NCBI GenBank assembly: GCA_013329055.1
Contig: DUKY01000013.1
Location: 1,587 to 65,586 of the forward strand
DNA from: Nanobdellota archaeon
GTDB taxonomy: Archaea; Nanobdellota; Nanobdellia; Pacearchaeales; GW2011-AR1
Direction: 5' to 3'
Length of the DNA stretch: 64,000 nucleotides
Of this stretch, positions 24,799 through 33,824 are shown piece after piece; the stretch's first letter is position 1, and each line of letters begins with the position of its first letter. The translations under genes and the position numbers were made by a program. Below the pieces are notes generated by a model. That model did no database searches. It had not been told where the DNA came from and worked only from the letters and a program-made list of their open reading frames with translations.

Positions 24799-25455
24799 TT
24801 AAATGTTATTATCGAAATTATTTGCATCATACCAATATTTTGGTAACCCCTTAAAATCCCAAAAAGCACTATCAATTAAATAAGTTTGCTTATCTTCCGG
24901 AACCCAAATAGCATTACTTTCATTTAAATCAATAGGCTCATACGCCAAAAATCTTCTTAGCTTAGATTTTGCATCTTCCCAAGAAGAAATAGCTAATTTG
25001 TAATCCCCTCTGTAATCCTCCCGATAATATTCCCCTAAAGTCACTCGTCCTAAATCTCTCATAACAAGCATGCAACGAAGTTCTTCGTTCAATACATTTT
25101 TAGCAAGTATAACTTCATAAGTTTCAGAAACAGGAACATCCAAAAAAGAAGCCAATTTTAATTTATTAAATTCATACATTGTCACATCAAAAGATTTTTC
25201 TAAAGAATCAACCATCCCATGAAAAAAACTGCCATTTCTCTCTTTATAAATAACTTTTCCAACTTTACCTTTCTCAACAGAATAAAGATTACTAAAACAA
25301 CCATGAACATTAATTTTATCTTTAGGATTAAAAGAATATTTTTCGCTTAAGCCATTTAAATCTCTTGGAGACTCATCTATAACTTGCTCATAAGCTTTAC
25401 GGACTTTTTTTCTAACATTAAAATATGAACTAATATCTCGAATATTTTCAATCAT
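24799..25455 (-). CDS. hypothetical protein (possibly a protein-kinase-like fold)
   Basis: Weak kinase-like spacing: GKVIYKER, LVMRDLG, DLNESNAIW, LIDSAFW. No firm assignment. Confidence 0.25.
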   Translation of the reverse strand: MIENIRDISSYFNVRKKVRKAYEQVIDESPRDLNGLSEKYSFNPKDKINVHGCFSNLYSVEKGKVGKVIYKERNGSFFHGMVDSLEKSFDVTMYEFNKLKLASFLDVPVSETYEVILAKNVLNEELRCMLVMRDLGRVTLGEYYREDYRGDYKLAISSWEDAKSKLRRFLAYEPIDLNESNAIWVPEDKQTYLIDSAFWDFKGLPKYWYDANNFDNNI

Positions 25456-25490
25456 ATTTTCAGCAAAAAAATTAATTATTTAAATGTTAT

Positions 25491-26591
25491 CTAAAACCAT
25501 TTATCTAAACCCTTCTGTTTAGATTTTTCTTTCATCCCGACTAATTTTTCAATTTGCTTGTCAATTCTTTCTTCAGAAAATTCATGCCTTTCAACTAAAA
25601 TTTCTTTAATTTTATTTTCATTCACCCTCGGAAAAATAATTTTCCCCCCAATACATTCACTACCCTTCTTTATAATATTCACATCAGTGCATATAAGATT
25701 TTCAGGTTCAATAACAGAAGGCTTATGAAATAATTCAAAAATTTCTTTCCAATCAAATTGGTCTTCAACAGGTAAACTATTAATTCTTTCTTTTAATTCA
25801 TTAAAGATTAATACTGGTTGTTCAAACTTTTTAACAAGCTCTAAAGCTTTTTTTTGCCCAATCCCCGGAACACCCTTAGGATTATAATCTGTTCCAACTA
25901 GAATCCCAATGCAAATTAATTGATCAAGATTAATTCCCAAATGATTCAAAACTTTGTCTAATTCAATTATCTCTGGAAATACTTCAACATATCCGGAAAA
26001 AGTTTTCTTTTTTCGGGATAAAGTTAAATTACGTATTAATTTAGGAGCACCAAAAAGTAAACTATCATAATCCTGACTTACACTTGCATAAATATTTGGA
26101 TCAACCCTCGCTAAATATGCCGCCTGAGCTTCCCCCTCACCAGGAGCCTGAACAACAGCAATGCCCATAGCTTCTAATAATTCTTTGCTTTCAACAATCA
26201 TTTCATCAGTCAATCTTACTAATTGACTACTATACCTTTTCATACCCCCTAAATCTTCACTCTGTTTTGCTTCTTCATATTTTTCTTTAGCAACATCCCG
26301 AACATCCTGACGCTTTTTATGAACCTTCGATTTTAAATCCGGAGCCTTACCATCAAAAACATAAATTAATTTAATACCTTCATCAAGTAAAGCAATATTT
26401 CTATAAAAAATACCTGAAAGATGACTGGTAATATTTTTATGGCTATCCATTAAAGGCGTCCCATCATACTGCCTAATTGTTGATAAAAATTGATACAAAG
26501 CATTAAATGCATCAACACACAAAGTTTTACCTTTTAAATCAGAAATTTCAATCTCCCTTCTTGGAATAATATCCTTGATACTTAGACCCAT
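25491..26591 (-). CDS. fen: flap endonuclease 1
   Basis: N-terminus MGLSIKDIIPRREI..L.GK.L.VDAFNALYQFL, an XPG-I block, and a C-terminal PIP box QKGLDKWF. Confidence 0.9.
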   Translation of the reverse strand: MGLSIKDIIPRREIEISDLKGKTLCVDAFNALYQFLSTIRQYDGTPLMDSHKNITSHLSGIFYRNIALLDEGIKLIYVFDGKAPDLKSKVHKKRQDVRDVAKEKYEEAKQSEDLGGMKRYSSQLVRLTDEMIVESKELLEAMGIAVVQAPGEGEAQAAYLARVDPNIYASVSQDYDSLLFGAPKLIRNLTLSRKKKTFSGYVEVFPEIIELDKVLNHLGINLDQLICIGILVGTDYNPKGVPGIGQKKALELVKKFEQPVLIFNELKERINSLPVEDQFDWKEIFELFHKPSVIEPENLICTDVNIIKKGSECIGGKIIFPRVNENKIKEILVERHEFSEERIDKQIEKLVGMKEKSKQKGLDKWF

Positions 26592-26635
26592 AAATAATTA
26601 CATGATTTTAGATATAAATAATTAACTATATGTAA

Positions 26636-26793
26636 AATATCACCACAATTGAGGAAGCTCAAAAACTTCAAAAGTATCGTCTTTTGAACGCGTTTAAATT
26701 TCAATGAAATTTAAATGCTAAAAATCTTTGATTTTTATGTCCCAGAAAATTTAATTCTACAAATTTTCTGAGGAAACCAGCGGGTGTCTTTTA
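26636..26793 (+). repeat. mosaic repeat: module A 3' part interrupted by hairpin modules G, H and others
   Basis: atatcaccacaattgaggaagctcaaaa | cttcaaaag-tatcgt-cttttgaa | tttaaatttca-atg-aaatttaaa | taaaaatc-tttg-attttta | cccagaaaattt..aaattttctgagg | gaaaccagcgggtgtctttta. The outer parts join up as in the PolB copy of module A. Confidence 0.8.
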
Positions 26794-26794
26794 T

Positions 26795-27028
26795 CTAGGA
26801 AAGTCTAACTAAACCTTTAGCCAATCTATGAGTTCCAATTAAAAGAAAAAAACCCAAAAATAATGATACCCAAAGGCTTAAAACAAGATTAGAAGGAAAT
26901 AAATAAATTTCAGACAAACCCCAAATGCCTCTCCAAAATGAAACTACTGCAAAAACCCCAATAAAAGCAAAAAGAATTTGGTGAGAAGATTTCATCTGCT
27001 TAAACAATTTATGTGTTTTATGAATCAT
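26795..27028 (-). CDS. small membrane protein
   Basis: 77 aa with two TM helices. The stop lies 2 nt from the end of the repeat. Confidence 0.4.
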   Translation of the reverse strand: MIHKTHKLFKQMKSSHQILFAFIGVFAVVSFWRGIWGLSEIYLFPSNLVLSLWVSLFLGFFLLIGTHRLAKGLVRLS

Positions 27029-27116
27029 AATAATAGATAAGATTCACTAATATTTAAATTTTATTCCTGTCTTCCGAATTTGTAAAAAGTAAAAATAAAT
27101 TTTTTGACTAATTTCT

Positions 27117-27196
27117 TTGGCAATTCAAGGTTTTTTTAAGGGAGGGGGGGGCTTTAGCCCAAACTTGAAGAGGGAATCCAAAAAAGATTTAAACCT
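27117..27196 (+). repeat. module D copy (variable hairpin between conserved flanks)
   Basis: tttggcaattcaagg..ttaaggga-ggggggg-gggct-tt-agccc-aaacttgaagagggaatcc. The same flanks occur at 33681-33747 and 39970-40095. Confidence 0.7.
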
Positions 27197-27225
27197 TAAT
27201 CTAAAAATTTTTACAAAGCCCACAT

Positions 27226-27423
27226 TCAATATTTTGGTCCATCAAACTTAAATTTTATTTTTCCTAAATCATATAACTGATCTACCTTTAATTTTTCATA
27301 TAAATATGGATCTTCTTCAGGTTCTCTTCCCAAATTATCACAAGCCCTTAAATAATTAACATCACGATTTGATAATCCTTTTTGCAACAATCTTTCCTGA
27401 ATAATTTTATTCTTAATTTTCAT
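27226..27423 (-). CDS. hypothetical small protein
   Basis: 65-aa ORF only. Confidence 0.3.
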   Translation of the reverse strand: MKIKNKIIQERLLQKGLSNRDVNYLRACDNLGREPEEDPYLYEKLKVDQLYDLGKIKFKFDGPKY

Positions 27424-27463
27424 AATCTTTTATTCTATAATGATTATATAAAACTTTCAATTT

Positions 27464-27650
27464 AAAAGTGTGTTAATAATTAAGATTTAACGGCTAAAAG
27501 GCAAATCATTAATAATGATTTTGGGGCGAGTAACTTCGTGGTAGAAACGATAATCCACAAAGTTTCGTGCGAGGTTACGAGAATGTGGGAAAAATTCAAT
27601 ATTAAAATGGGGATTTGTTAAAATCTTAAAAACAATTTTTCAAAAGAAAC
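27464..27650 (+). repeat. composite repeat J-E-F-I
   Basis: J is aaaagtgtgttaataattaagatttaa. E is ggctaaaaggc-[aaatcatt..aatgattt]-tgggg. F is gtaacttcg-tggtagaaacgataatccacaaagtttcgtg-cgaggttac. I is gggatttgttaaaatcttaaaaacaatttttcaaaagaaac. All have counterparts in 47610-48215. Confidence 0.8.
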
Positions 27651-27708
27651 AAGAAGATTACTTTCAATTCTAATACATATTTAAATATTCCAAATCATTT
27701 TTAAAATA

Positions 27709-30270
27709 ATGAAAACAAAATTCATTCCAATTGACTACGATTACTTTGATTTTAAAGGAAGAAATTACATTAAAATAATTGGCAGAGACGACAATCAAAA
27801 AAGAATTTGCATTATTGACACCTGCAAAGTTTACCTCTGGGCAATACTTGAAGAAAATTTAAAAAAAGATCAAATTGAAAAAATAATCGATAAAATAAAA
27901 AAAATAAAAATTGAATTAAAGGGAAGAACAACAAAAATTGATTCAGTTGAACTCCATGAAAAAAATTTCATGGGAAGAAAAGTTAAAGCACTCAAAATTT
28001 TTGCAACAAACTATAAAGATCTTCACGATGTCGCAGATAAATTAGACATTAAAGAAATAACAAATAGAAGGGGATATGATTTAGGATATATTACACATTA
28101 CATAATTGAAAAACAAATTAAACCTCTTAATTGGTATGAAATTTCAGGAGAAGTTTTAAACAATTCATTAGAATTTGGAGGAATTGATATGGGACTTGAC
28201 GTTGACATTTGTATAAAACTTGAAACTTCAAAAGAAATAAAAGACCAGCAATTTAATCCAAAAATTTTAGCTTATGACATTGAAACAGATGAATTACAGA
28301 TAGGCAAAGGAGAAATTTTAATGATCTCATTAGTCAGCGAAAATTTCAAAAAAGTAATTACATGGAAAAAACCTCAAAATTTACAAAAACATCGTGACAT
28401 TACAGGAGGCTCAGAAAAATGTCACCGTTCAGAACTTCGAGGAAGCTCAAAAGAAACCAGCGGGTGTCTTTTAGAATCTATAGAATTTGTAAAAGACGAA
28501 GCAGAACTAATAGAAAAATTTATAGAACATGTAAGAAAAATTTCTCCGGATTTTTTAGTAGGTTATTATTCAGACGGATTTGATTTACCATATATTCAGG
28601 CACGGGCAGAAAAGCATAAAGTAAAACTAGCACTGGGGTTAGATGATTCACAACCCAGATTTTCAAGAGGGATAGAACTCACAGGAAAAATAAAAGGAAT
28701 CACACATATTGACATATTAAAATTCATCAGAACAGCATATGCCCAATATATGAAATCCGAAACACTTTCATTAAACGAAGTTGCAAAAGAATTTTTACAG
28801 GACACGAAAATTGATTTTGAATTAAAACACTCTTCAAAAATAGAAGACCATAATTGGGAGAAGTATTATGAATATAACTTACAGGATTCAATTTTAACAT
28901 TAAAACTTTTCGAAAAGTTTTGGCCGGATTTATTAGAATTTACAAAGATAACAAATGAACCAATCTTCGATTTATCACGTGCAGGATTATCAAAATATAT
29001 GGAATCTTATATCTTGCAAAACTTAAATAAATTTAATGAAATCCCACAAAAAAGACCTGGATACAATGAAATAAAAGAAAGGCAATCAAGTGGTGGAGTA
29101 GAAGGAGCATTTGTCTTAGAACCCAAACCAGGACTTTATGAAAATATCGCAATGTTTGATTTTACATCTATGCATACAAGTATAATCATAACACACAATA
29201 TTTCAGGTTCAACTTTATTAGAAAAAAAAGAAAAAAATTGTTTTGAATCCCCTGAACTGGAATTGCAGGGAAAAAAAACAAAATTTTATTTTTCAAAAGA
29301 AAAAGGATTTTTCCCGTCATTATTAGAAGAATTATTTAACAAAAGAAAACAATATAAAGCAGAATATAAAAAAAATAAAAATTCAATTACACTTGCAAGA
29401 AGTAATGCATTTAAAGTTCTTTCAGCTTCAGCACACGGCTATTTAGGATTTTTTGGAGCACGATATTATTCTATTGAATCTTCAGCATCAGTCTTAGCAT
29501 ATGTAAGAAAATTTAATATAGAGACAATAGAAAAAACAGAAAAAAAAGGATATCAGGTGATTTATGGCGATACAGATTCAATAGCATTTTTAATGAATGG
29601 AAAAACAAAAGAAGAAATAAAAGAATTATTGCAATACTTAAATGACGAACTTCCGGGAGTAATGCATTTAGAACTTGAAGGATTTTTTAAAAGAGGTTTG
29701 TGGGTAACTACACGAGGAGGAACAACAGGAGCAAAGAAAAAATATGCCTTGCTTGATGAAGAAAATAATTTGAAAATAAGAGGATTTGAAACAGTAAGGC
29801 GTGATTGGTGCAGATTATCCCGGGACATACAAAATAAAATTATAAGACAGATATTAAAAGACGGGAATGAAATCAAAGCTCTTGAATCTGTCAAAGAGCT
29901 AATTAAAAAAATTAAAGAACGAAAAATTGACAAAAAAGATTTAATGATTAGAACACAACTAAAAAAACCAATTTCAGAATATAAAGCTATTTCACCGCAT
30001 GTTATCGCCGCGAAAAAAATGAAAGAACAGGAAATCCCGGTTACACAGGGAGATTTAATAGAATATTATATAGCTGAAACAGAAAACAAAAAAGCAAAAC
30101 TTGTTAGAGAAAAAGTAAAACTTCCAAATGAAAAAGGAGAATACAACATTGAATATTATCTTGAAAAACAAATTTTACCGGCAGTAGAAAATATTTTTCA
30201 TGTATTTAAAATAAATATAAAAGAAATAATTGACGGAAAAAAGCAGGATAATTTAAATAAATGGTTTTAA
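27709..30270 (+). CDS. polB: family B DNA polymerase
   Basis: 853 aa with Exo I LAYDIETDE, Pol A DFTSMHTSIIITHN, Pol C VIYGDTDSIAF and a C-terminal PIP box QDNLNKWF. Confidence 0.95.
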   Translation: MKTKFIPIDYDYFDFKGRNYIKIIGRDDNQKRICIIDTCKVYLWAILEENLKKDQIEKIIDKIKKIKIELKGRTTKIDSVELHEKNFMGRKVKALKIFATNYKDLHDVADKLDIKEITNRRGYDLGYITHYIIEKQIKPLNWYEISGEVLNNSLEFGGIDMGLDVDICIKLETSKEIKDQQFNPKILAYDIETDELQIGKGEILMISLVSENFKKVITWKKPQNLQKHRDITGGSEKCHRSELRGSSKETSGCLLESIEFVKDEAELIEKFIEHVRKISPDFLVGYYSDGFDLPYIQARAEKHKVKLALGLDDSQPRFSRGIELTGKIKGITHIDILKFIRTAYAQYMKSETLSLNEVAKEFLQDTKIDFELKHSSKIEDHNWEKYYEYNLQDSILTLKLFEKFWPDLLEFTKITNEPIFDLSRAGLSKYMESYILQNLNKFNEIPQKRPGYNEIKERQSSGGVEGAFVLEPKPGLYENIAMFDFTSMHTSIIITHNISGSTLLEKKEKNCFESPELELQGKKTKFYFSKEKGFFPSLLEELFNKRKQYKAEYKKNKNSITLARSNAFKVLSASAHGYLGFFGARYYSIESSASVLAYVRKFNIETIEKTEKKGYQVIYGDTDSIAFLMNGKTKEEIKELLQYLNDELPGVMHLELEGFFKRGLWVTTRGGTTGAKKKYALLDEENNLKIRGFETVRRDWCRLSRDIQNKIIRQILKDGNEIKALESVKELIKKIKERKIDKKDLMIRTQLKKPISEYKAISPHVIAAKKMKEQEIPVTQGDLIEYYIAETENKKAKLVREKVKLPNEKGEYNIEYYLEKQILPAVENIFHVFKINIKEIIDGKKQDNLNKWF
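28375..28473 (+). repeat. module A copy inserted in frame in polB
   Basis: Hairpin gtgacatt/aatgtcac (28394-28401/28418-28425, 16-nt loop acaggaggctcagaaa) followed by ccgttcagaacttcgaggaagctcaaaagaaaccagcgggtgtctttta. It is translated as ..GGSEKCHRSELRGSSKETSGCLL... Confidence 0.85.
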
Positions 30271-30279
30271 AATAAAAAC

Positions 30280-31686
30280 TTAAGTATGAAGAATATTATT
30301 TAATGGATAAAGCATTTCCTTTAATTTTTCTTTATCTAATTTACTTAATGGGTCATCTTTATAATCTTCTATAAATTTTTCTTTAAAAAAATCAACATTC
30401 TTTAATGATTCATTCATTAATTCCTTCCATTCTTCACCAAAAAAATCTTTATAGACATAATAAGTTATATGAATTGCTTTTTTTATTTTTTCTAAATCAT
30501 CAAGTTCTTGAACATGTTTATATTGTTTAAGACTTAACTCATTTAATTTTGTTGTTAATTGCTCAATCTCTTCCAAAGTTAAAACTTTTCCATCTGCAAT
30601 GATTAACGTATATTTAAGTTTCTTTTTAACATCATCCATTATTCTCAATCTTCCTGAAATATCCATATCATATTTAGTATCATTCTCAAATATTCGATAT
30701 ATGGATATTTTTTTAACAGAACATTCTTTTGTATGTTCCCAAATCTCCAAAGGTTTTTGATTATAAAATTCATCTATAAACAACTTTCCTTGTTTATCCT
30801 TGTAAGTTATTTCATAGGGTCCATGACTGGTACTGCCATAAGCTGCAAAAAGATCATAATATATAGCCCAGTTATAATAAAATTGAGCTATTTTAAAAGC
30901 AGAAAATGTCATAAAGATTTTCTCTTCTTTTGTGTTGAAAAAATCATAATTTAATATCTCATTAATTTTGTCGTATTCAAAATATTTTCTTTCTAATGGT
31001 TTTGTTAAAAAATTTGAATCTTTTAATTTTATTATTTTAAAAAAATCATTAAAAAATTTTTCTCTTTCATAAATTTCAGTTTTAAAATCCGTAAATTCAT
31101 GTGCCACTTTAAAACTTACACATGCAAAATTAAATAAAAAATCAATAATCATATCAGTATTCTCAAAAAGATCTGCAATTTGTTTGTCTGAATAACCCTT
31201 ATCTTTCAATTCATAAAATCGCTTATAAAAATGCTTGATTACTTCAGATTCATAATAAGAAAGAATTTGGATAGGACTAAATGGCCAATACTCTTTTCCT
31301 TTTAATCTTGCCATTGTTTTTAATAAACCTTCAGTAAAAAGATCTATTTTATTTTCTTTTTTGTAGATTGTCCCACTATTTGCATCCATGAAAATTTTAT
31401 CACCTGTTTGCAATTTTTGTATTTCTTTTTCACCAATTCCTACAATACATGGAAGCCCTGCTTCTCTTGCAATTATCGCGGCATGACTAGCAATTCCCCC
31501 AATTGCGGTGATAATTCCTTTGCATTTTCCCATTATCAGAGTATAAGAAGGATCAGTTGTGATTGAAACAAGGATTGCTCCTTCCTTAAATTTAACAAGA
31601 TCTTCAAAAGACTTAACGATAAATATTTCTCCATCAACTTGTCCCAAAGAAGCTGTAACACCCTTAATTGTTATTTCTGATTCCAT
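30280..31686 (-). CDS. PEP-utilising-enzyme mobile (phosphohistidine swivel) domain protein with an unassigned 370-aa C-terminal region
   Basis: The N-terminal roughly 95 aa (..GIITAIGGIASHAAIIAREAGLPCIVGIG..) is the swivel domain. The remainder has no motif I recognise. Confidence 0.5.
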   Translation of the reverse strand: MESEITIKGVTASLGQVDGEIFIVKSFEDLVKFKEGAILVSITTDPSYTLIMGKCKGIITAIGGIASHAAIIAREAGLPCIVGIGEKEIQKLQTGDKIFMDANSGTIYKKENKIDLFTEGLLKTMARLKGKEYWPFSPIQILSYYESEVIKHFYKRFYELKDKGYSDKQIADLFENTDMIIDFLFNFACVSFKVAHEFTDFKTEIYEREKFFNDFFKIIKLKDSNFLTKPLERKYFEYDKINEILNYDFFNTKEEKIFMTFSAFKIAQFYYNWAIYYDLFAAYGSTSHGPYEITYKDKQGKLFIDEFYNQKPLEIWEHTKECSVKKISIYRIFENDTKYDMDISGRLRIMDDVKKKLKYTLIIADGKVLTLEEIEQLTTKLNELSLKQYKHVQELDDLEKIKKAIHITYYVYKDFFGEEWKELMNESLKNVDFFKEKFIEDYKDDPLSKLDKEKLKEMLYPLNNILHT

Positions 31687-31695
31687 TTTATCTAG

Positions 31696-32265
31696 CTAAA
31701 ATTTTGAAATATCATTTATGTATAAAAAATCAAATCCTGCATTTTTTGCAGCATTTTCATCTCCCTCATTATCTCCAACTAATAACACGGTTTCCGGCAA
31801 AATTATTTTATTATATTTCATTTCTGCTTTTTTTCTTAATTCATCCCCAATTATCGACGAAGGTTTTGAAAATCGTCTTGCAATTTTATCATAATCTTTA
31901 TCATGTATTTGATAAGGCCCATCTCCAAAAATTTCTTCCCATGCTTTTTTATGTGAAAGCCCAATTAACGAAGAATCAATTTTATCTCTTAATTTTGATG
32001 ATGCAATAAAATTAATTGCATATTGATAAGCAAATGAACTCCAAATCCCAATTGGAACTTGATGAGCATAAAAGTAATCAATTACCTCTTCTCCTTCTTT
32101 CGTAAGTTGCAACATTGGATCTTTTGCTAAAAGTTCTAAAGCATTACTTCTAATAACTTCAATTCCTCTGGAAGAATACAATTCATTTTTACTAAACAAA
32201 GTTTCCTCTAAGTCACACAATATTAGATTATACTCTTGAGGATTTCTATTTATATTTGTTTTCAT
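31696..32265 (-). CDS. HAD-superfamily hydrolase-like protein
   Basis: Motif I-like LILCDLEETLF (DxE instead of DxD) and motif IV LLVGDNEGDENAAKNAG. Confidence 0.45.
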   Translation of the reverse strand: MKTNINRNPQEYNLILCDLEETLFSKNELYSSRGIEVIRSNALELLAKDPMLQLTKEGEEVIDYFYAHQVPIGIWSSFAYQYAINFIASSKLRDKIDSSLIGLSHKKAWEEIFGDGPYQIHDKDYDKIARRFSKPSSIIGDELRKKAEMKYNKIILPETVLLVGDNEGDENAAKNAGFDFLYINDISKF

Positions 32266-32369
32266 TTAATTACCTTACAATAGTAACATGAACAAATCTT
32301 TTAAATTTATTTGATAGTATACCTTATATTTTTAGTTAATTTTATAAATATACCTTAATTATTTCATTT

Positions 32370-32855
32370 ATGCCAATAGGTAAACCATTAAAATTAAGGG
32401 ATATAGACGAAAAAGATAAAAAAATAATTATGTTGCTTCAAGAAGATGGAAGAATGCAATTAAACAAAATCTCTAAAAAAGTCGGCTTATCTATTGATTC
32501 AGTACATAAAAGAATTAAAGAGATGCTAAAAAAAAGGATTTTTGAAACAGGCATTTTTATTGAACCAAGAGCTTTAGGTTACCCACTTATTGCAGATATT
32601 AAAATTAAATTAAAAAATGTCAGTAAAGAAGAAAGGGGTAAATTTATTTTATATTTACAAAAACATAAAAGATGTATAGAACTACTTTCTATTTTAGGAG
32701 ATTTTGATTTTACTTGCGTATTAATTGCTAAAGATAGTAATGATTTAGATGAAATATCTACTGAAATTCGGCAAAAGTTTAAAGATTTAATTTTAGAATG
32801 GAAAGGACTATTAATTTTAAAACAATATAAATTTGAAAGATATGATTTATTATAA
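32370..32855 (+). CDS. Lrp/AsnC family transcriptional regulator
   Basis: N-terminal HTH LD.KDKKII.LLQEDGRMQLNKISKKVGLSIDSVHKRIKEM followed by a RAM-like C-terminal domain. Confidence 0.75.
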   Translation: MPIGKPLKLRDIDEKDKKIIMLLQEDGRMQLNKISKKVGLSIDSVHKRIKEMLKKRIFETGIFIEPRALGYPLIADIKIKLKNVSKEERGKFILYLQKHKRCIELLSILGDFDFTCVLIAKDSNDLDEISTEIRQKFKDLILEWKGLLILKQYKFERYDLL

Positions 32856-32859
32856 AATT

Positions 32860-33603
32860 TTAAATTCCATGCAACATTTCTAAGAAGAATCTCATTAAGA
32901 TTATTGTCAAAATAAAAATTAATGCACCAAGAATTAAACGTTTTTTATCTTCATGCCCATTCATAGAAGGGATGATGTCAGACATTGCAATATACAAAAA
33001 TCCCCCTGCAGCAATTAAAACAGCATAAGGTGAAAAAGACTCAATCATATCAAACATAAAAAAACCTAAAATACCACCCAAAATAGCTGAAAGTGCAGAC
33101 ACAAAATTCAAGAATAATGCTCGACTTTTAGTATAACCGCTATGCATCAAGACTGCAAAATCTCCAAATTCTTGTGGAATTTCATGAATTAAAACAATAA
33201 AAGAAGTAACAATACCAGTAGTAAAATCCAGCATAAAAGCACCTGCAATTAAAACACCATCAATAAAATTATGCACAAAATCTCCTGTTAAAATTAAAAG
33301 ACCAGTAGGCTTATGACATTTTTCTTTACCACAATGATGCCAATGTATAAATTTTTCCAGAATAAAAAATAAAACAATTCCAAAAACAACAAATATAAAA
33401 CCAGTTTCAATATCTACCCCAAACTCTTCAATTTCGATTAATGCATGAGGGATTAAATCAAAAAATGTTGCAGCAATTAAAGTTCCGGCAGCAAATGCAA
33501 TAAAATAATACAAAAATTTTTGTATTTTGTTTGAACTAATTATAATTCCAACTAAACTAATTAAACTAACTATAAAAGTTGCCAAAATAATCCACCAAAT
33601 CAT
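32860..33603 (-). CDS. ZIP-family (ZupT-like) metal transporter
   Basis: Polytopic, with HNFIDGV and HEIPQEFGDFAVL motifs. The start is trimmed to MIWWIIL (ATG 33603) because the longer ORF runs into the module D repeat. Confidence 0.75.
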   Translation of the reverse strand: MIWWIILATFIVSLISLVGIIISSNKIQKFLYYFIAFAAGTLIAATFFDLIPHALIEIEEFGVDIETGFIFVVFGIVLFFILEKFIHWHHCGKEKCHKPTGLLILTGDFVHNFIDGVLIAGAFMLDFTTGIVTSFIVLIHEIPQEFGDFAVLMHSGYTKSRALFLNFVSALSAILGGILGFFMFDMIESFSPYAVLIAAGGFLYIAMSDIIPSMNGHEDKKRLILGALIFILTIILMRFFLEMLHGI

Positions 33604-33648
33604 ATTAAAAATTATGGAAAGGCGTTTAAATATCTTATGACCAAATAT

Positions 33649-33779
33649 GCTCTGCCCAGAGTTTTTGATTTTAGCTAACTTTTGGCAATTCAAATATTTA
33701 TTAAGGGCGGGCCTTTCGACAAATGTCGAAACTTGAAGTGGGAATCCTAAAATCAAAAAAACCTAATTCTGGACAGAGC
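33649..33779 (+). repeat. module D copy bounded by imperfect inverted repeats (MITE-like)
   Basis: The left arm gctctgcccagagtttttgattttag (33649-33674) is the imperfect reverse complement of the right arm ctaaaatcaaaaaaacctaattctggacagagc (33747-33779). The core is ttggcaattcaaatatttattaagggcggg-[tttcgaca-aa-tgtcgaaa]-cttgaagtgggaatc. Confidence 0.8.
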
Positions 33780-33824
33780 CGACCAAACAGATTCTTTAAA
33801 AAAGGGATTATTCTTAATAATTTT

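Noticed and set aside
26740-26793. Hammerhead-like ribozyme in module H plus the module A end (GUC..stem..CUGAGGAAACC)
   Set aside because: The CUGANGA-like box is not followed by a stem II and GAAA core, and nucleotide 1.1 would not pair with 2.1. The resemblance is superficial.
28375-28473. The PolB and Nop2 inserts as mini-inteins or as bulge-helix-bulge introns
   Set aside because: At 33-39 residues with no intein splice-junction blocks, they are far too small for an intein. I could not draw a bulge-helix-bulge (two 3-nt bulges around a 4-bp helix) spanning the junctions. RNA-level removal therefore remains untested rather than supported.
31668-32009. ORF 31668..32009 (+)
   Set aside because: It is antisense to the HAD-like gene, and its translation is dominated by F/L/H/Y from AT-rich sequence.
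33604-33824. N-terminal extensions of ORFs 32860..33756 (-) and 33723..34913 (+), which overlap each other head to head
   Set aside because: Both extensions consist of module D repeat sequence. Good internal ATG starts (33603 and 33825) give proteins that begin where family homology begins.
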